From an uncultured Pseudomonadota bacterium (lineage in GTDB: Bacteria; Pseudomonadota; Alphaproteobacteria; RF32; CAG-239): a DNA stretch of 64,000 bases. The position numbers and the translations under genes are program-made. Of this stretch, positions 29,817 through 39,858 are shown in pieces (the first letter of the stretch is position 1; the number at the start of each line of letters is the position of its first letter). The notes below the pieces were generated by a model. The model saw only the letters and a program-made list of their open reading frames with translations. It had not been told where the DNA came from and searched no databases. The DNA lies in the NCBI GenBank assembly GCA_902788365.1, contig CADAJN010000001.1, forward strand, positions 26,020 through 90,019, read 5' to 3'.

Positions 29817-31156
29817 TCAAGCGAGCCCTTTACACTTTCATCTTTTCGGCGCTGATATTTTTTAGCGCCGAAAATACTTGTGCCGCCGATATGGTGCTGA
29901 TTTCCGATACCGAAACGCAAGATTATTTGGCCGCAGTGGTGCGCCCGTTATTTGCTGCTGCCGGCGTGCCATTTAACAAAAACAATCTGCTGATTGTCAA
30001 TGATTCCAGCTTAAATGCTTTTGTCGCCGACGGTAATTACTTATTTGTGCACACCGGCACATTGTTGGCAATAGATAATACCAACGAGCTGGCCGGCATT
30101 TTGGCACACGAAACAGGACACATTATGGGTGGTCATATCGTGCGGCAAAAATTGAAATTACAAAAAATGCAATATGTTATGCTCGGTTCAATCTTAGCCG
30201 CCGGTGCGGCAGCTGTTTCAACCGGTCGCGGTGATGCAGCCATGGCGATTATGCTCGGCTCGCAAAGTTCCGCCCTTAACAGCATGCTGCATTATCAGGT
30301 GCAAGAAGAACGTGCCGCTGATGAAAGTGCCGTTAAATTACTGGCACAGACCAAACAGTCTGCTAACGGGCTGTTGCATTTTATGCAAAAAATCCGCCAA
30401 CATAACCAGATGAGCGGTATTGTTGAAACCGATTATTTCAGCAACCACCCACTGACCAGTGAACGTATCAGCCATTTTAAGGCCGCAACGCAAAACAATC
30501 ATTACAGCGAAAAATCGCCTTTGGACGGCAAATTGGCGCTGATTAAGGCAAAACTTGCGGGCTTTTTGGAAGATGCCGCTAAAATACGGCGCCGCTATCC
30601 GAATGCGGCACAGTCGGCAGCGGCACAATATGCACACAGCATTTTGAATTTTCGGCAGGGTAAAATTGATACAGCGTTGCAACAAATTGACGGTTTAATT
30701 AAACAGCAGCCGCAAAACCCCTATTTTTACGAGCAAAAAGCGCAATTTTTATTTGAAAGCGGACACGTTAAAGACAGCATCAATGCTTATGAAAAAGCGC
30801 TGAATTTACTGCCGGAATCCCCGCTTTTGCAACTTAGTTTGGCGCAAGCGCTTTTAGAAAGTTCGGAACAACGCACCGATATTGAGCGTGCGCGTGCCTT
30901 GTTACAAAAATCATTAATTAAACAGCCGGCACCGCTTGGGTGGCAACTTTTGGCACGCGCCGAAGAAGAACTCGGTCGGTCGGCAGCGGCACAATATGCA
31001 GCCGCAGAATTCAGTTACGGTATCGGCAACTTGGAAGTGGCACAAAAACAAGCCGAACGTGCTGCCCAAAGCACTAACGATAAAACACTTAAAGTAAAAA
31101 TTTCTGATTTGCAAGAACGCATTCAAGCCGATTTAAAAGAACTTCTGGGCGAGTAA
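29792..31156 (+). CDS. M48 family metalloprotease with TPR domain (BepA/YfgC-like)
   Basis: Signal peptide, HETGH zinc motif, and C-terminal TPR-like repeats. Confidence 0.65.
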   Translation: MVETFTRLIKRALYTFIFSALIFFSAENTCAADMVLISDTETQDYLAAVVRPLFAAAGVPFNKNNLLIVNDSSLNAFVADGNYLFVHTGTLLAIDNTNELAGILAHETGHIMGGHIVRQKLKLQKMQYVMLGSILAAGAAAVSTGRGDAAMAIMLGSQSSALNSMLHYQVQEERAADESAVKLLAQTKQSANGLLHFMQKIRQHNQMSGIVETDYFSNHPLTSERISHFKAATQNNHYSEKSPLDGKLALIKAKLAGFLEDAAKIRRRYPNAAQSAAAQYAHSILNFRQGKIDTALQQIDGLIKQQPQNPYFYEQKAQFLFESGHVKDSINAYEKALNLLPESPLLQLSLAQALLESSEQRTDIERARALLQKSLIKQPAPLGWQLLARAEEELGRSAAAQYAAAEFSYGIGNLEVAQKQAERAAQSTNDKTLKVKISDLQERIQADLKELLGE

Positions 31157-31168
31157 AGCTGTTTTAAT

Positions 31169-31936
31169 TTAGTGTTGCACATAGAAAAAGTCATAAAGTT
31201 TGGCAAAAACAATATTCATATAAACAAACAAGATGGCCTTTAAGCTGTAATCCAGCCAATCTTGCAGCTGATATATACTGTCAATCTGAGTTGCAAGAGC
31301 CTCGGCAAACAAAAGCATCACACAAAGCAAAACCAACGCCCAATAATTGCCGCGCATTTTGTTACCGGCTTGTTTAAATGAAGCATTTTGCCGTTGCAGT
31401 GAAGCAATCCACGCCATATACGGCCGACAAATCAGCGGCGGTGCCAACAAAGCCACAATAGCGTAACAAATAAATATTTCAAAACTGACCGCACCTCCTT
31501 TATCGGCTTTGGCCAAGCTTTCAAAAATCTGCACATAGCGCTCATACAAATCCAAGTAAACATCGTTATATCCGAGCAAAAGCGGAATCATCGGCAAATA
31601 AACAATCAGTGCCATACTCAAAAACAGCAACACCGCCGCTTTGGTAGAAGGTGTCAGACTGCCGGTAATCGCTTTAATGAAAAAATACGGTTTGAGTTGA
31701 TAATAATAGCGATAAAACGCACACCAACAAACATAAAACACCACCAGCCAAACAATACTGAGCGGATTGGATATTCCCCCGGGAATCATTTTAAAAAGCA
31801 CAATATATGCCCAGTTGGCCACAAAAACGCTCAAACAAAAAAGCCAATTTGATTTGATATACATTACCGCATTCATTAAAACTTTAAGCGGATCCAAACG
31901 AATGACTTTATCTGTTTTCAGCGTCATTTTCGGCAT
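31169..31936 (-). CDS. integral membrane protein, unknown function
   Basis: Six or more hydrophobic segments. Confidence 0.45.
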   Translation of the reverse strand: MPKMTLKTDKVIRLDPLKVLMNAVMYIKSNWLFCLSVFVANWAYIVLFKMIPGGISNPLSIVWLVVFYVCWCAFYRYYYQLKPYFFIKAITGSLTPSTKAAVLLFLSMALIVYLPMIPLLLGYNDVYLDLYERYVQIFESLAKADKGGAVSFEIFICYAIVALLAPPLICRPYMAWIASLQRQNASFKQAGNKMRGNYWALVLLCVMLLFAEALATQIDSIYQLQDWLDYSLKAILFVYMNIVFAKLYDFFYVQH

Positions 31937-32550
31937 TATTCTTCTCCCATGTTCAATTTATAATGCCCGTTATTAGTCAAAATCAAACGCCGCGATGCGG
32001 TTTCCACTTTTTGCCGTAAACGATAAATATGAGTTTCTATCGTATGCGTTGTCACTTCTTGGCTATATTGCCAAACACCGGTTTGCAAATCGTTCTTGCT
32101 CACATAGCGGTCGGCATTTTTATATAAATATTGCAAAACCGCCACTTCTTTTTCGGTTAATTTTGCGCTTGCACCATTGGTTAAATCTTCTATTTCGCGC
32201 AAGTTCGGCCGTAACTCATAACCGTTAAACTGCAAATAACCGTCAGTTGAATGATTCAGCTTATTATTTGCCGCCTGCAACACATCAAGCAAAACAGTCA
32301 ATTTCAGCGGCGTTTTAAGCCAAATATTAAGTTTATCATCTTTAGCAATCGGCGCTGAAGCACACAGATAAATCATCGGCGTCATGGCATATTGTTGACG
32401 CAACGAATTATTTGATTTTTCCTCTTGCATCACTATAATTATATCCGGATTTTGGCTGACAAATTGGGTTTGCGGCACGAAACGTGCAATTTGATTTTGC
32501 ATGTCATCAAGCAAATCTTGGTTATTTCCAACCAGCAAAATATCCGTCAT
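31936..32550 (-). CDS. OmpR-family winged-helix regulator with atypical receiver lacking phospho-acceptor Asp
   Basis: C-terminal LTEKEVAVLQYL…THTIETHIYRLRQK wHTH. Receiver region has NNQD instead of DDD and PDIIIVMQ instead of DxxxLD. Confidence 0.5.
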   Translation of the reverse strand: MTDILLVGNNQDLLDDMQNQIARFVPQTQFVSQNPDIIIVMQEEKSNNSLRQQYAMTPMIYLCASAPIAKDDKLNIWLKTPLKLTVLLDVLQAANNKLNHSTDGYLQFNGYELRPNLREIEDLTNGASAKLTEKEVAVLQYLYKNADRYVSKNDLQTGVWQYSQEVTTHTIETHIYRLRQKVETASRRLILTNNGHYKLNMGEE

Positions 32551-32558
32551 TATTTTTC

Positions 32559-33674
32559 CTAAAAGTTCAGTTCCAAACCGCCGGCCACCACATAGCCGCG
32601 ATTGTTGTCGCGCAACTCGCCGTCGCCTTTGTATGAAGCATGTGCCGTCAACACATAAAGCGCCGCATATTTATTTATCGTCCAACGATTGGTCCAACTG
32701 ATAATTTTGTCTTTATTATCGGTTTTATCGGCATAAGCGGCAAAATACGCCACACCGGTTTTAAACGGCCCTATTTCATAGCTCAGCCCCACATTAAAGG
32801 CCTTGCCGCGGCGATATCCGTCAAAATACTCCGGCATTTCGTCATTTTCACGCAAATTCATAGCAAAATCGGAAGAAGTTGTCCAACTTTGACGATAAGA
32901 GCCGCCCAAAGTCCAACCTTTGCGATACAAACTCAATCCGGCCGAAGCCTCCTGATTGTTTTTGCGGTTATAAGCATAGCCGAGCGAACTTTCCACTTCT
33001 AACCAACTCAAATTGATATGATGATATAAACCCGCCGCATACGACGAACGATTATCATAACGGCTGTGTTTGTTAATCAATCCGGCCTCGGAATAGCTGT
33101 CCGGCGTGTATGAAAATGCCGCTTTAGCACCATAAAATTCCGGTGTGGTATAGCTGATTTTCGGTGCGTCGGCATCAGTATTCAAATACGTTGAATTCAG
33201 CGTGCGATACGAGGCCACACGACTGTGACGTTGCCAGTTTGGGTTGGCCACAAAGTCGGTTATCATGGAATTATTAACGCGAATCGAACCGACACTCGGC
33301 GCCCCCACCGCCAACTGATAAGCGGCATTATAAATTTGACCGCCGCTCAGCTCACCAAACGCCGAACGCCATGTGCCGTATATATTTTCGCCCCATTTAC
33401 CGTGGTTATAGTCTTCCACTTCTTTGCCGCCGGAAATTTGTCCGTCCACCCCTAAGCGCACTTCGTTACCGTTATCAAACACATAGCCGGCAGAAGTATA
33501 AACTTCGGCAGTTACCGGTGTGTGTGAATGTTTATAAAACGGCCGATATTTGTCGGCATATTGGCTGTATCCGTAAAATCCGTTTGCCTGTCCCGAATAA
33601 TCATACACCCACTCGCCTGCAACTGCCGGTGTTGCCGACAGTAAAAAACCGCATATTAAGCCATATTTTTTCAT
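32559..33674 (-). CDS. outer-membrane beta-barrel protein (porin-like)
   Basis: Signal peptide, alternating amphipathic strands, C-terminal …LELNF aromatic terminus. Confidence 0.55.
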   Translation of the reverse strand: MKKYGLICGFLLSATPAVAGEWVYDYSGQANGFYGYSQYADKYRPFYKHSHTPVTAEVYTSAGYVFDNGNEVRLGVDGQISGGKEVEDYNHGKWGENIYGTWRSAFGELSGGQIYNAAYQLAVGAPSVGSIRVNNSMITDFVANPNWQRHSRVASYRTLNSTYLNTDADAPKISYTTPEFYGAKAAFSYTPDSYSEAGLINKHSRYDNRSSYAAGLYHHINLSWLEVESSLGYAYNRKNNQEASAGLSLYRKGWTLGGSYRQSWTTSSDFAMNLRENDEMPEYFDGYRRGKAFNVGLSYEIGPFKTGVAYFAAYADKTDNKDKIISWTNRWTINKYAALYVLTAHASYKGDGELRDNNRGYVVAGGLELNF

Positions 33675-33866
33675 CTTTATTTCCTAACTATCTGATTTAA
33701 TTTATGTGTCCGGCGCTATCATGTCAACAAAAATTGTCCGGTTACACCTTATAAAAAATAAGCCTGTTTATAAAATTATAAATAGTGCTTTTAAATTTTG
33801 TTTTATTATATATAATAGCGTCAGTTTGAATTTTATTATGAAGCAAAAAAACGAAAGGAAATATTT

Positions 33867-35396
33867 ATGCAAAAGCCGGTAATGTTGCTTATTTTGGACG
33901 GTTGGGGATATAGAACGCCGATTACGGCAGATAACGCCATTGAACAGGGAAATACGCCGAATTGGCACAAAATAGTTGAAGACTGCCCGACAGCTTTAAT
34001 TGAAACATCGGGACTTGATGTTGGTTTGCCGGCCGGCCAAATGGGAAATTCCGAAGTCGGCCATATGAACTTGGGTGCCGGTCGCGTTGTAATGCAGGAT
34101 TTGCCGAAAATTGACCAAGCTATCGCCGATCATAGCTTAGAAAAAAATCCGGTTGTGGTGCACCTGATTGATACCTTAAAGCAAAACGGCAAAACCTGCC
34201 ATTTGATGGGGCTGATGTCGCCGGGCGGCGTGCACTCACATCAGGCGCATATATTGGCCTTATGCGAAATTTTAAATCGCAATGGTATTGATGTTTGTGT
34301 GCATGCCTTTTTAGACGGTCGTGACACGCCACCATCTTCGGCACAAGGTTTCTTGCGCGAGTTCAGTGCGGGCATAAAAGATATGCCGCATGTTAAAATT
34401 GCCACACTTTCCGGACGTTTTTATGCCATGGATCGCGACAAACGCTGGGATCGTGTAGAGCTGGCATATAACAATATTGTTTCAGCCGACGGCAAACACT
34501 ACATTTCGGCTGATGATGCCATATCTGCCTCTTATGCTGCCGGTATTACCGATGAATTTGTGGTGCCGTGTGTGGTGGGCGATTATGCCGGCGCTAACGA
34601 CGGCGACGCCATTTTGATGGCTAATTTCCGTGCCGACCGTGCCCGTGAAATATTATATGCGCTGGCTGATGATAAATTTGAAGGCTTTGTGCGCAATAAG
34701 ATCGTTAAGTTTTCGGCGCATATCGGCATGGCCGAATATTCGGTTGACCATAACCGCTTTATGCAGACCATTTTTGCACCTGAAGCACTCAAAAACATAT
34801 ATGGCGAAATAATCGCCAACCATAATATGACGCAACTGCGTATTGCCGAAACCGAAAAATATGCTCACGTCACATTTTTCTTTAACGGCGGTGAAGAACG
34901 TATGTTTAAGGGCGAAGACCGCATTTTGATTAACAGCCCGAAAGTGGCTACTTATGACTTAAAACCGGAAATGAGCATTTATGAAGTAACCGAAAAATTG
35001 GTGGAAGCGATTAAAAGCCGCAAGTATGACACCATTATCTGCAATTATGCCAACGGCGATATGGTCGGACACACCGGTATTATGAGTGCGGCATTAAAAG
35101 CCGTTGCCGCAGTGGACGAATGCTTAGGTCGCGTCATGGCCGCCATTAAAGAAGTTGGCGGTGTATTGTTGGTAACGGCCGACCACGGTAATGTTGAAAA
35201 AATGGTAGATGAAACCACCGGCCAGCCATATACGGCACACACAGTCGGCAAGGTGCGCGCCGTTTTATATAATGCGCCGGCCGACATCAAAGGTCTGCAT
35301 GACGGTCGTCTGGCCGATATTGCCCCGACATTACTGGACTTACTCGGCTTAAAGCAACCGGCAGATATGACGGGAAAATCTTTGCTTAATAAATAA
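33867..35396 (+). CDS. gpmI: 2,3-bisphosphoglycerate-independent phosphoglycerate mutase
   Basis: MQKPVMLLILDGWGYR…SEVGHMNLGAGR signature. 509 aa. Confidence 0.85.
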   Translation: MQKPVMLLILDGWGYRTPITADNAIEQGNTPNWHKIVEDCPTALIETSGLDVGLPAGQMGNSEVGHMNLGAGRVVMQDLPKIDQAIADHSLEKNPVVVHLIDTLKQNGKTCHLMGLMSPGGVHSHQAHILALCEILNRNGIDVCVHAFLDGRDTPPSSAQGFLREFSAGIKDMPHVKIATLSGRFYAMDRDKRWDRVELAYNNIVSADGKHYISADDAISASYAAGITDEFVVPCVVGDYAGANDGDAILMANFRADRAREILYALADDKFEGFVRNKIVKFSAHIGMAEYSVDHNRFMQTIFAPEALKNIYGEIIANHNMTQLRIAETEKYAHVTFFFNGGEERMFKGEDRILINSPKVATYDLKPEMSIYEVTEKLVEAIKSRKYDTIICNYANGDMVGHTGIMSAALKAVAAVDECLGRVMAAIKEVGGVLLVTADHGNVEKMVDETTGQPYTAHTVGKVRAVLYNAPADIKGLHDGRLADIAPTLLDLLGLKQPADMTGKSLLNK

Positions 35397-35406
35397 GGGT
35401 AAACGC

Positions 35407-36708
35407 GTGACGAAGTCTGCTCAGTTTTTAGTATTTATGCTTGTTTTTATGCTTGGCTTTACTGAAATTGCCAAAGCTGAAGTGCAAATTGTGCCGGTGC
35501 CGTCACGCAAGGATTTAGCCACAGCAATGCAAAAAAACTTGGCCGCCAAAGGTCAGCAAATTTCAGCTGATGATTTAGCGCAAGTGGAAGCTGCTGCCAA
35601 AAAAGTTTCACAACAAAGCGCTCAAATTGAACGGCAGGCCAATCAAGTCAAAAATGAGCTGGATTTGGTTAATCGCAAAATGATTGAAGCCGCACGCAAA
35701 ATTCAGGCCGGCGAAGATGAGGTTGCGCAAAAAAAGGCCGAACTTGATAAATTGCAACAACACTTAAGCGATTCAGAACAAAAATTTGAGGCTGAGCACG
35801 GTATGTTGATTGAAACGCTGGCCGCTTTACAAACTTTGGCATTGCGTCCGTCGGAAGCGGTTTTAATTCAGCCGTTGTCGCCGGTGGAGGTAATGCGTAG
35901 CAGTATTTTGTTGCGCGGCAGTGTGCATGTGTTGAAAGACCGTGCCGAACTTATTCGTCAAAGCATAGAAGACATCAGCAACCAAAAGCAAGAAATAGCC
36001 AAGCGACTTGAAGAACTGGAAGTTAAAAATGTTCAACTGGCCAAACAACAAGATGAAATGGCGGCTCTTTCCAAGCAAAAAAGTGCGATGTATAATCAGC
36101 TTTCGGCACAAAGCAAAGAAGCTAAGCAACAGGCTCAACTGTTAGCCGGCCAAGCCAAAGACGTGCGCGACTTATTAAACAAACTGGAAACACAGCGCTT
36201 AAATCAGCGTAAATTAGAGGAAAAACAACGTTTGGCGCAAGAGCGCGAAGTGGAAAAACTGCGTCAGGAAAATAATTACAGCATGCGCGCCGAATCTAAA
36301 CCGACGCCGCCGCCTGCCACTCACTTTGCACAAGCCAAAGGACGTTTAATTCGGCCGGCACGCGGTCCGATTATAACTGCCTTTCATCAGGAAATGTCTA
36401 AAGGCGTTACCTCTAACGGCATAGATATTCAAACCGCTTCAAAGGCACAAATTATTGCCCCGTTTGACGGCACTGTGATGTTTGCCGGACCGTTTAAAAA
36501 TTTTGCCAACTTGGTTATTATTGACCACGGTGACGGCTATACTTCGCTTTTGAGCGGCTTAAATGAAACTTATGCCGAAGTCGGACAACTTATTTTGGCC
36601 GGTGAACCGGTCGGCATTATGCCAAGCACCGACCACAGCAAATTGCACATGGAAATCAGAAAAAACAACCACCCGTTGAATCCTACGGATTGGATGGCTA
36701 AAAATTAA
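35407..36708 (+). CDS. M23 peptidase with N-terminal coiled coil (EnvC-like murein hydrolase activator)
   Basis: GTG start, signal, long Q/E/K-rich coiled coil, C-terminal LytM/M23 domain (GIDI…HGDGYTS…HMEIR). Confidence 0.75.
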   Translation: MTKSAQFLVFMLVFMLGFTEIAKAEVQIVPVPSRKDLATAMQKNLAAKGQQISADDLAQVEAAAKKVSQQSAQIERQANQVKNELDLVNRKMIEAARKIQAGEDEVAQKKAELDKLQQHLSDSEQKFEAEHGMLIETLAALQTLALRPSEAVLIQPLSPVEVMRSSILLRGSVHVLKDRAELIRQSIEDISNQKQEIAKRLEELEVKNVQLAKQQDEMAALSKQKSAMYNQLSAQSKEAKQQAQLLAGQAKDVRDLLNKLETQRLNQRKLEEKQRLAQEREVEKLRQENNYSMRAESKPTPPPATHFAQAKGRLIRPARGPIITAFHQEMSKGVTSNGIDIQTASKAQIIAPFDGTVMFAGPFKNFANLVIIDHGDGYTSLLSGLNETYAEVGQLILAGEPVGIMPSTDHSKLHMEIRKNNHPLNPTDWMAKN

Positions 36709-36720
36709 AGGAATAAAAAT

Positions 36721-38061
36721 ATGAATAAAAAATCACTCTTAGTTTATACGTTAATGTTCAGCATTTTGGCGGCTTGTGCCAATGCCAAAGATAAGGCCGA
36801 AGAACAGCAGGAAAACACTTATGAACTTTTAAATATATTCGGCGAAGTGATGGAACGCACCAAAGCGCTTTATGTTGAAGAACAAACCGATAAGCAGTTG
36901 ATTGAATCGGCATTAAACGGCATGTTGACGTCGCTTGACCCGCACTCAAGCTATTTGAATGAAGAAGATTTCAAATATATGAATGAGCAAACCAGCGGCA
37001 AATTCGGCGGTTTGGGTATTGAAATTACCATGGAAAACGGTTTGGTAAAAGTAATTTCACCGATTGATGACACACCGGCGGCTAAGGCCGGAATTAAAGC
37101 CGGCGATTTTATTACCGATATTGACGGACAAACCGTTATCGGCTTAACATTAAATGAGGTAGTCAGTAAACTGCGCGGTAAACCGGGAACAAAAGTTAAA
37201 ATTACAGTGCGCCGTGTGAATGAAGAACCGTTTGATGTTACCTTAAAGCGCGACGAAATTAAGGTAACCTCGGTTAAGAGCGATATTAAAAACGATGACA
37301 TTTTATATGTGCGTATTTCGGCGTTCAACGAAGATGTTGACACCGACACCAAAAAGGCCGTTGAAAATGCTAAAAAACAGCTCAAGGACAAGTTTGCCGG
37401 CATCGTAATTGATATGCGCAATAATCCGGGCGGATTGCTGGATCAGGCGGTTAAGGTTTCGGATTTATTCTTGGAACAGGGTGAGATTGTTTCTACCCGC
37501 TCGCGCAACGAAGAAGATACGGTCAAGTTTTCGGCCACTCCGGGCGATATTGCCGAAGGATTACCGATTGTTGTGATGATAAATGAGGGGTCGGCTTCTG
37601 CCTCCGAAATTACCGCAGGTGCTTTGCAAGACCATCACCGCGCCATTATTTTAGGGCAAAAATCGTTCGGCAAAGGCTCGGTGCAAACGGTTTTGCCACT
37701 TCGCAACAAGGGAGCTATGCGCATTACAACGGCGCGTTATTACACGCCGTCAGGGCGTTCCATCCAGGCTACCGGTATTGAGCCTGATATTGAAGTAAAA
37801 CCGGCTAAAGTGGAAGAAATTCAGTCGCACGGCTTAAATTTGAGTGAAGCCGACTTAAAAGGTGCGCTTAAGAATGAACAGGCTAAAGAGACCAAAAAGA
37901 ACGAAAAAGCCGAACAAGACAAAGAAAAAGACGCTAAAGACTATCAGCTGGTCAGAGCTTTGGACTTAGTAAAAGCTTTATATTTGCACAGCCAAAATGA
38001 CAACCTGAAAGTTGAGAAAAAGGCTGAAAATACTAAGGCGGCGGAGAAAAAAGCAAACTAA
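36721..38061 (+). CDS. ctpA: carboxy-terminal processing protease (S41)
   Basis: PDZ domain plus the GSASASEI Ser nucleophile and K motif. Confidence 0.85.
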   Translation: MNKKSLLVYTLMFSILAACANAKDKAEEQQENTYELLNIFGEVMERTKALYVEEQTDKQLIESALNGMLTSLDPHSSYLNEEDFKYMNEQTSGKFGGLGIEITMENGLVKVISPIDDTPAAKAGIKAGDFITDIDGQTVIGLTLNEVVSKLRGKPGTKVKITVRRVNEEPFDVTLKRDEIKVTSVKSDIKNDDILYVRISAFNEDVDTDTKKAVENAKKQLKDKFAGIVIDMRNNPGGLLDQAVKVSDLFLEQGEIVSTRSRNEEDTVKFSATPGDIAEGLPIVVMINEGSASASEITAGALQDHHRAIILGQKSFGKGSVQTVLPLRNKGAMRITTARYYTPSGRSIQATGIEPDIEVKPAKVEEIQSHGLNLSEADLKGALKNEQAKETKKNEKAEQDKEKDAKDYQLVRALDLVKALYLHSQNDNLKVEKKAENTKAAEKKAN

Positions 38062-38537
38062 TGACAGAGACCTACAGATTAAATGCCGGCGTCGTGGTTT
38101 TTAATCGCAAGCGACAAGTGCTTTTGTGTCGGCGCAGCGATGAAAAGGATGCGTGGCAATTTCCGCAGGGCGGCATAGAAAAAGGTGAAACACCGGCAGC
38201 AGCGGCTTTGCGTGAGCTTGAAGAAGAAACTTCTATTTGCAGTGTTAAGTTGGTAAAGACACTCAGCGAATCGGTTAAATATCGCTTTCCGCCCGATGTT
38301 TTGGCTGTCACACAATCACGGGGGTGGAAACATGTTGGGCAGGATATGTTTTTGTCATTGGTATTTTTTGAGGGTGATGACAGCGAAATCAATTTAGATA
38401 CCAAGGACCGTGAGTTTAATGCTTATCGTTGGGGAACATTGCAAGAAGCATACGATTTGATTGTGAATTTCAAAAAACCGGTATATGCCGTCGCCGTGCG
38501 CGAATTTACGCCGCTGATTGAACAATATCCAATTTGA
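38061..38537 (+). CDS. rppH: RNA pyrophosphohydrolase (Nudix)
   Basis: Nudix box GGIEKGETPAAAALRELEEETSI. Its start overlaps the ctpA stop (TAATG). Confidence 0.8.
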   Translation: MTETYRLNAGVVVFNRKRQVLLCRRSDEKDAWQFPQGGIEKGETPAAAALRELEEETSICSVKLVKTLSESVKYRFPPDVLAVTQSRGWKHVGQDMFLSLVFFEGDDSEINLDTKDREFNAYRWGTLQEAYDLIVNFKKPVYAVAVREFTPLIEQYPI

Positions 38538-38786
38538 AAACCGATTGCCTTTTTGTCGTATGTTCCACGTGAAACATTAGACGGAATTTTCACTTGTAAA
38601 TAATTGATATTATGAGTTATTGACAAGATTTTATACAGAAAATCATACTTTTCTGGCAAGAAAAATCTTATATTTTTAAGTCAATATGTAGACAAAAATA
38701 AATATGATGATATATGATATTATATCGGAAGGCTCTGAGCTGTCACGCAGTGCTTTGGTGAACTAAAAATGATACAAAATAATTTG

Positions 38787-38859
38787 CACTGCGTAAGCAG
38801 CAGCGAAGCTTCTGATGCCTTATCCACGCAAAGCGTGGAGGCATGACAGTTTTATTTTG
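38787..38859. repeat. short palindromic repeat element (family 1, partial copy)
   Basis: cactgcgtaagcagca… shared with 57126-57141. Ends …ggaggcatgacag like the 128-bp unit terminus. Confidence 0.5.
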
Positions 38860-39166
38860 CCGCACTGGCGTGCGGGGATGCCTACGTCGCCTGCGGCTCC
38901 TCTGCATGACATACTCTTTGTCATTGTGAGGAGTGCGAAGCACGACGTAACAATCTTCGGACGCAAGTCCGATAATTAGCACACTTACCGCACTTTGTGC
39001 GGGGATACCTACGTCGCCTTGCGGATCCTCTGCATGACATACTCTTTGTCATTGTGAGGAGTGCAAAGCACGACGTAACAATCTTCGGACGCAAGTCCGA
39101 TAATTAGCACATTTACCGCACTAAAGTGCGGGGATGCCTACGTCGCCTGCGGCTCCTCTGCATGAC
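38860..39166. repeat. tandem array (about 2.4 copies) of a 128/129-bp structured repeat unit (family 1)
   Basis: Units 38860-38987, 38988-39116 and partial 39117-39166 are nearly identical. Each has hairpins ccgcacNNNNgtgcgg, atgaca…tgtcat, and cggac-GCAA-gtccg. Confidence 0.75.
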
Positions 39167-39224
39167 AGGAAGTAAATAGGACTGAATATAAGATAGAAAT
39201 AACGGATAGTGTGTATAGATAAAA

Positions 39225-39385
39225 TAAAGTCTCCTTACGCGGTGTAGAAATAGCGGATAACGAGGAAAATACAAAGAGGGACGCTTGTTCAAGCCAAAAC
39301 CATTTTTAATGAGTCAAATACGCAGTTCCCCTCTTTGCGCGGTGTAGACAGAACTACATAAGCAAAGAGGGGAACAAGTAGATGA
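39225..39385. repeat. family-2 repeat motifs (cgcggtgtagaNa… / caaagagggNa) including a 12-bp inverted repeat hairpin
   Basis: cgcggtgtagaaa at 39238 and cgcggtgtagaca at 39338. gttcccctctttg…caaagaggggaac inverted repeat. Related to the 104-bp units at 48978-49213. Confidence 0.5.
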
Positions 39386-39401
39386 CCATTAAAAATGGTT
39401 T

Positions 39402-39803
39402 TTATTTCTTGGTGGAAACACCGGCGTTCACATCCTTAACCGACACCGACAAATCGTCGGCAATACGAGCCGAACGACCGCGCAAAGCACGCAAGAAATA
39501 TAATTTCGCACGACGAACTTTACCAACGCGCGAAACTTCAATCTTTGCCACATTCGGAGAATATAACGGGAATACACGTTCCACACCTTCACCAAACGAA
39601 ATTTTACGAACCGTGAAAGACGAATTTAAGCCGTCATTTTTACGTGCAATACAAACACCTTCATAAATTTGAATACGTTCACGATCGCCTTCTTTTACTT
39701 TTGTATGAACGCGCAATGTATCACCCGGCTTAAAAATCGGCATATTTTTGCCTTCCATCAGCTTTTCCATTTGCTCTTTTTCAATATTTTCAATAATGTT
39801 CAT
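39402..39803 (-). CDS. rplS: 50S ribosomal protein L19
   Basis: [12 protein letters not shown]…[10 protein letters not shown]…[12 protein letters not shown] signature. Confidence 0.9.
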   Translation of the reverse strand: MNIIENIEKEQMEKLMEGKNMPIFKPGDTLRVHTKVKEGDRERIQIYEGVCIARKNDGLNSSFTVRKISFGEGVERVFPLYSPNVAKIEVSRVGKVRRAKLYFLRALRGRSARIADDLSVSVKDVNAGVSTKK

Positions 39804-39858
39804 TTTCTTTACCTTTTACGTTAATTTGTTATTCCTATACAACAGAATCTGTTATAAA

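Noticed and set aside
38860-39166. Considered whether the tandem repeat arrays (here and at 48978-49213) are CRISPR arrays
   Set aside because: Units are 104-128 bp and near-identical along their full length, with no alternating unique spacers. No cas genes are in the window. These are satellite/REP-like tandem repeats, not CRISPR.
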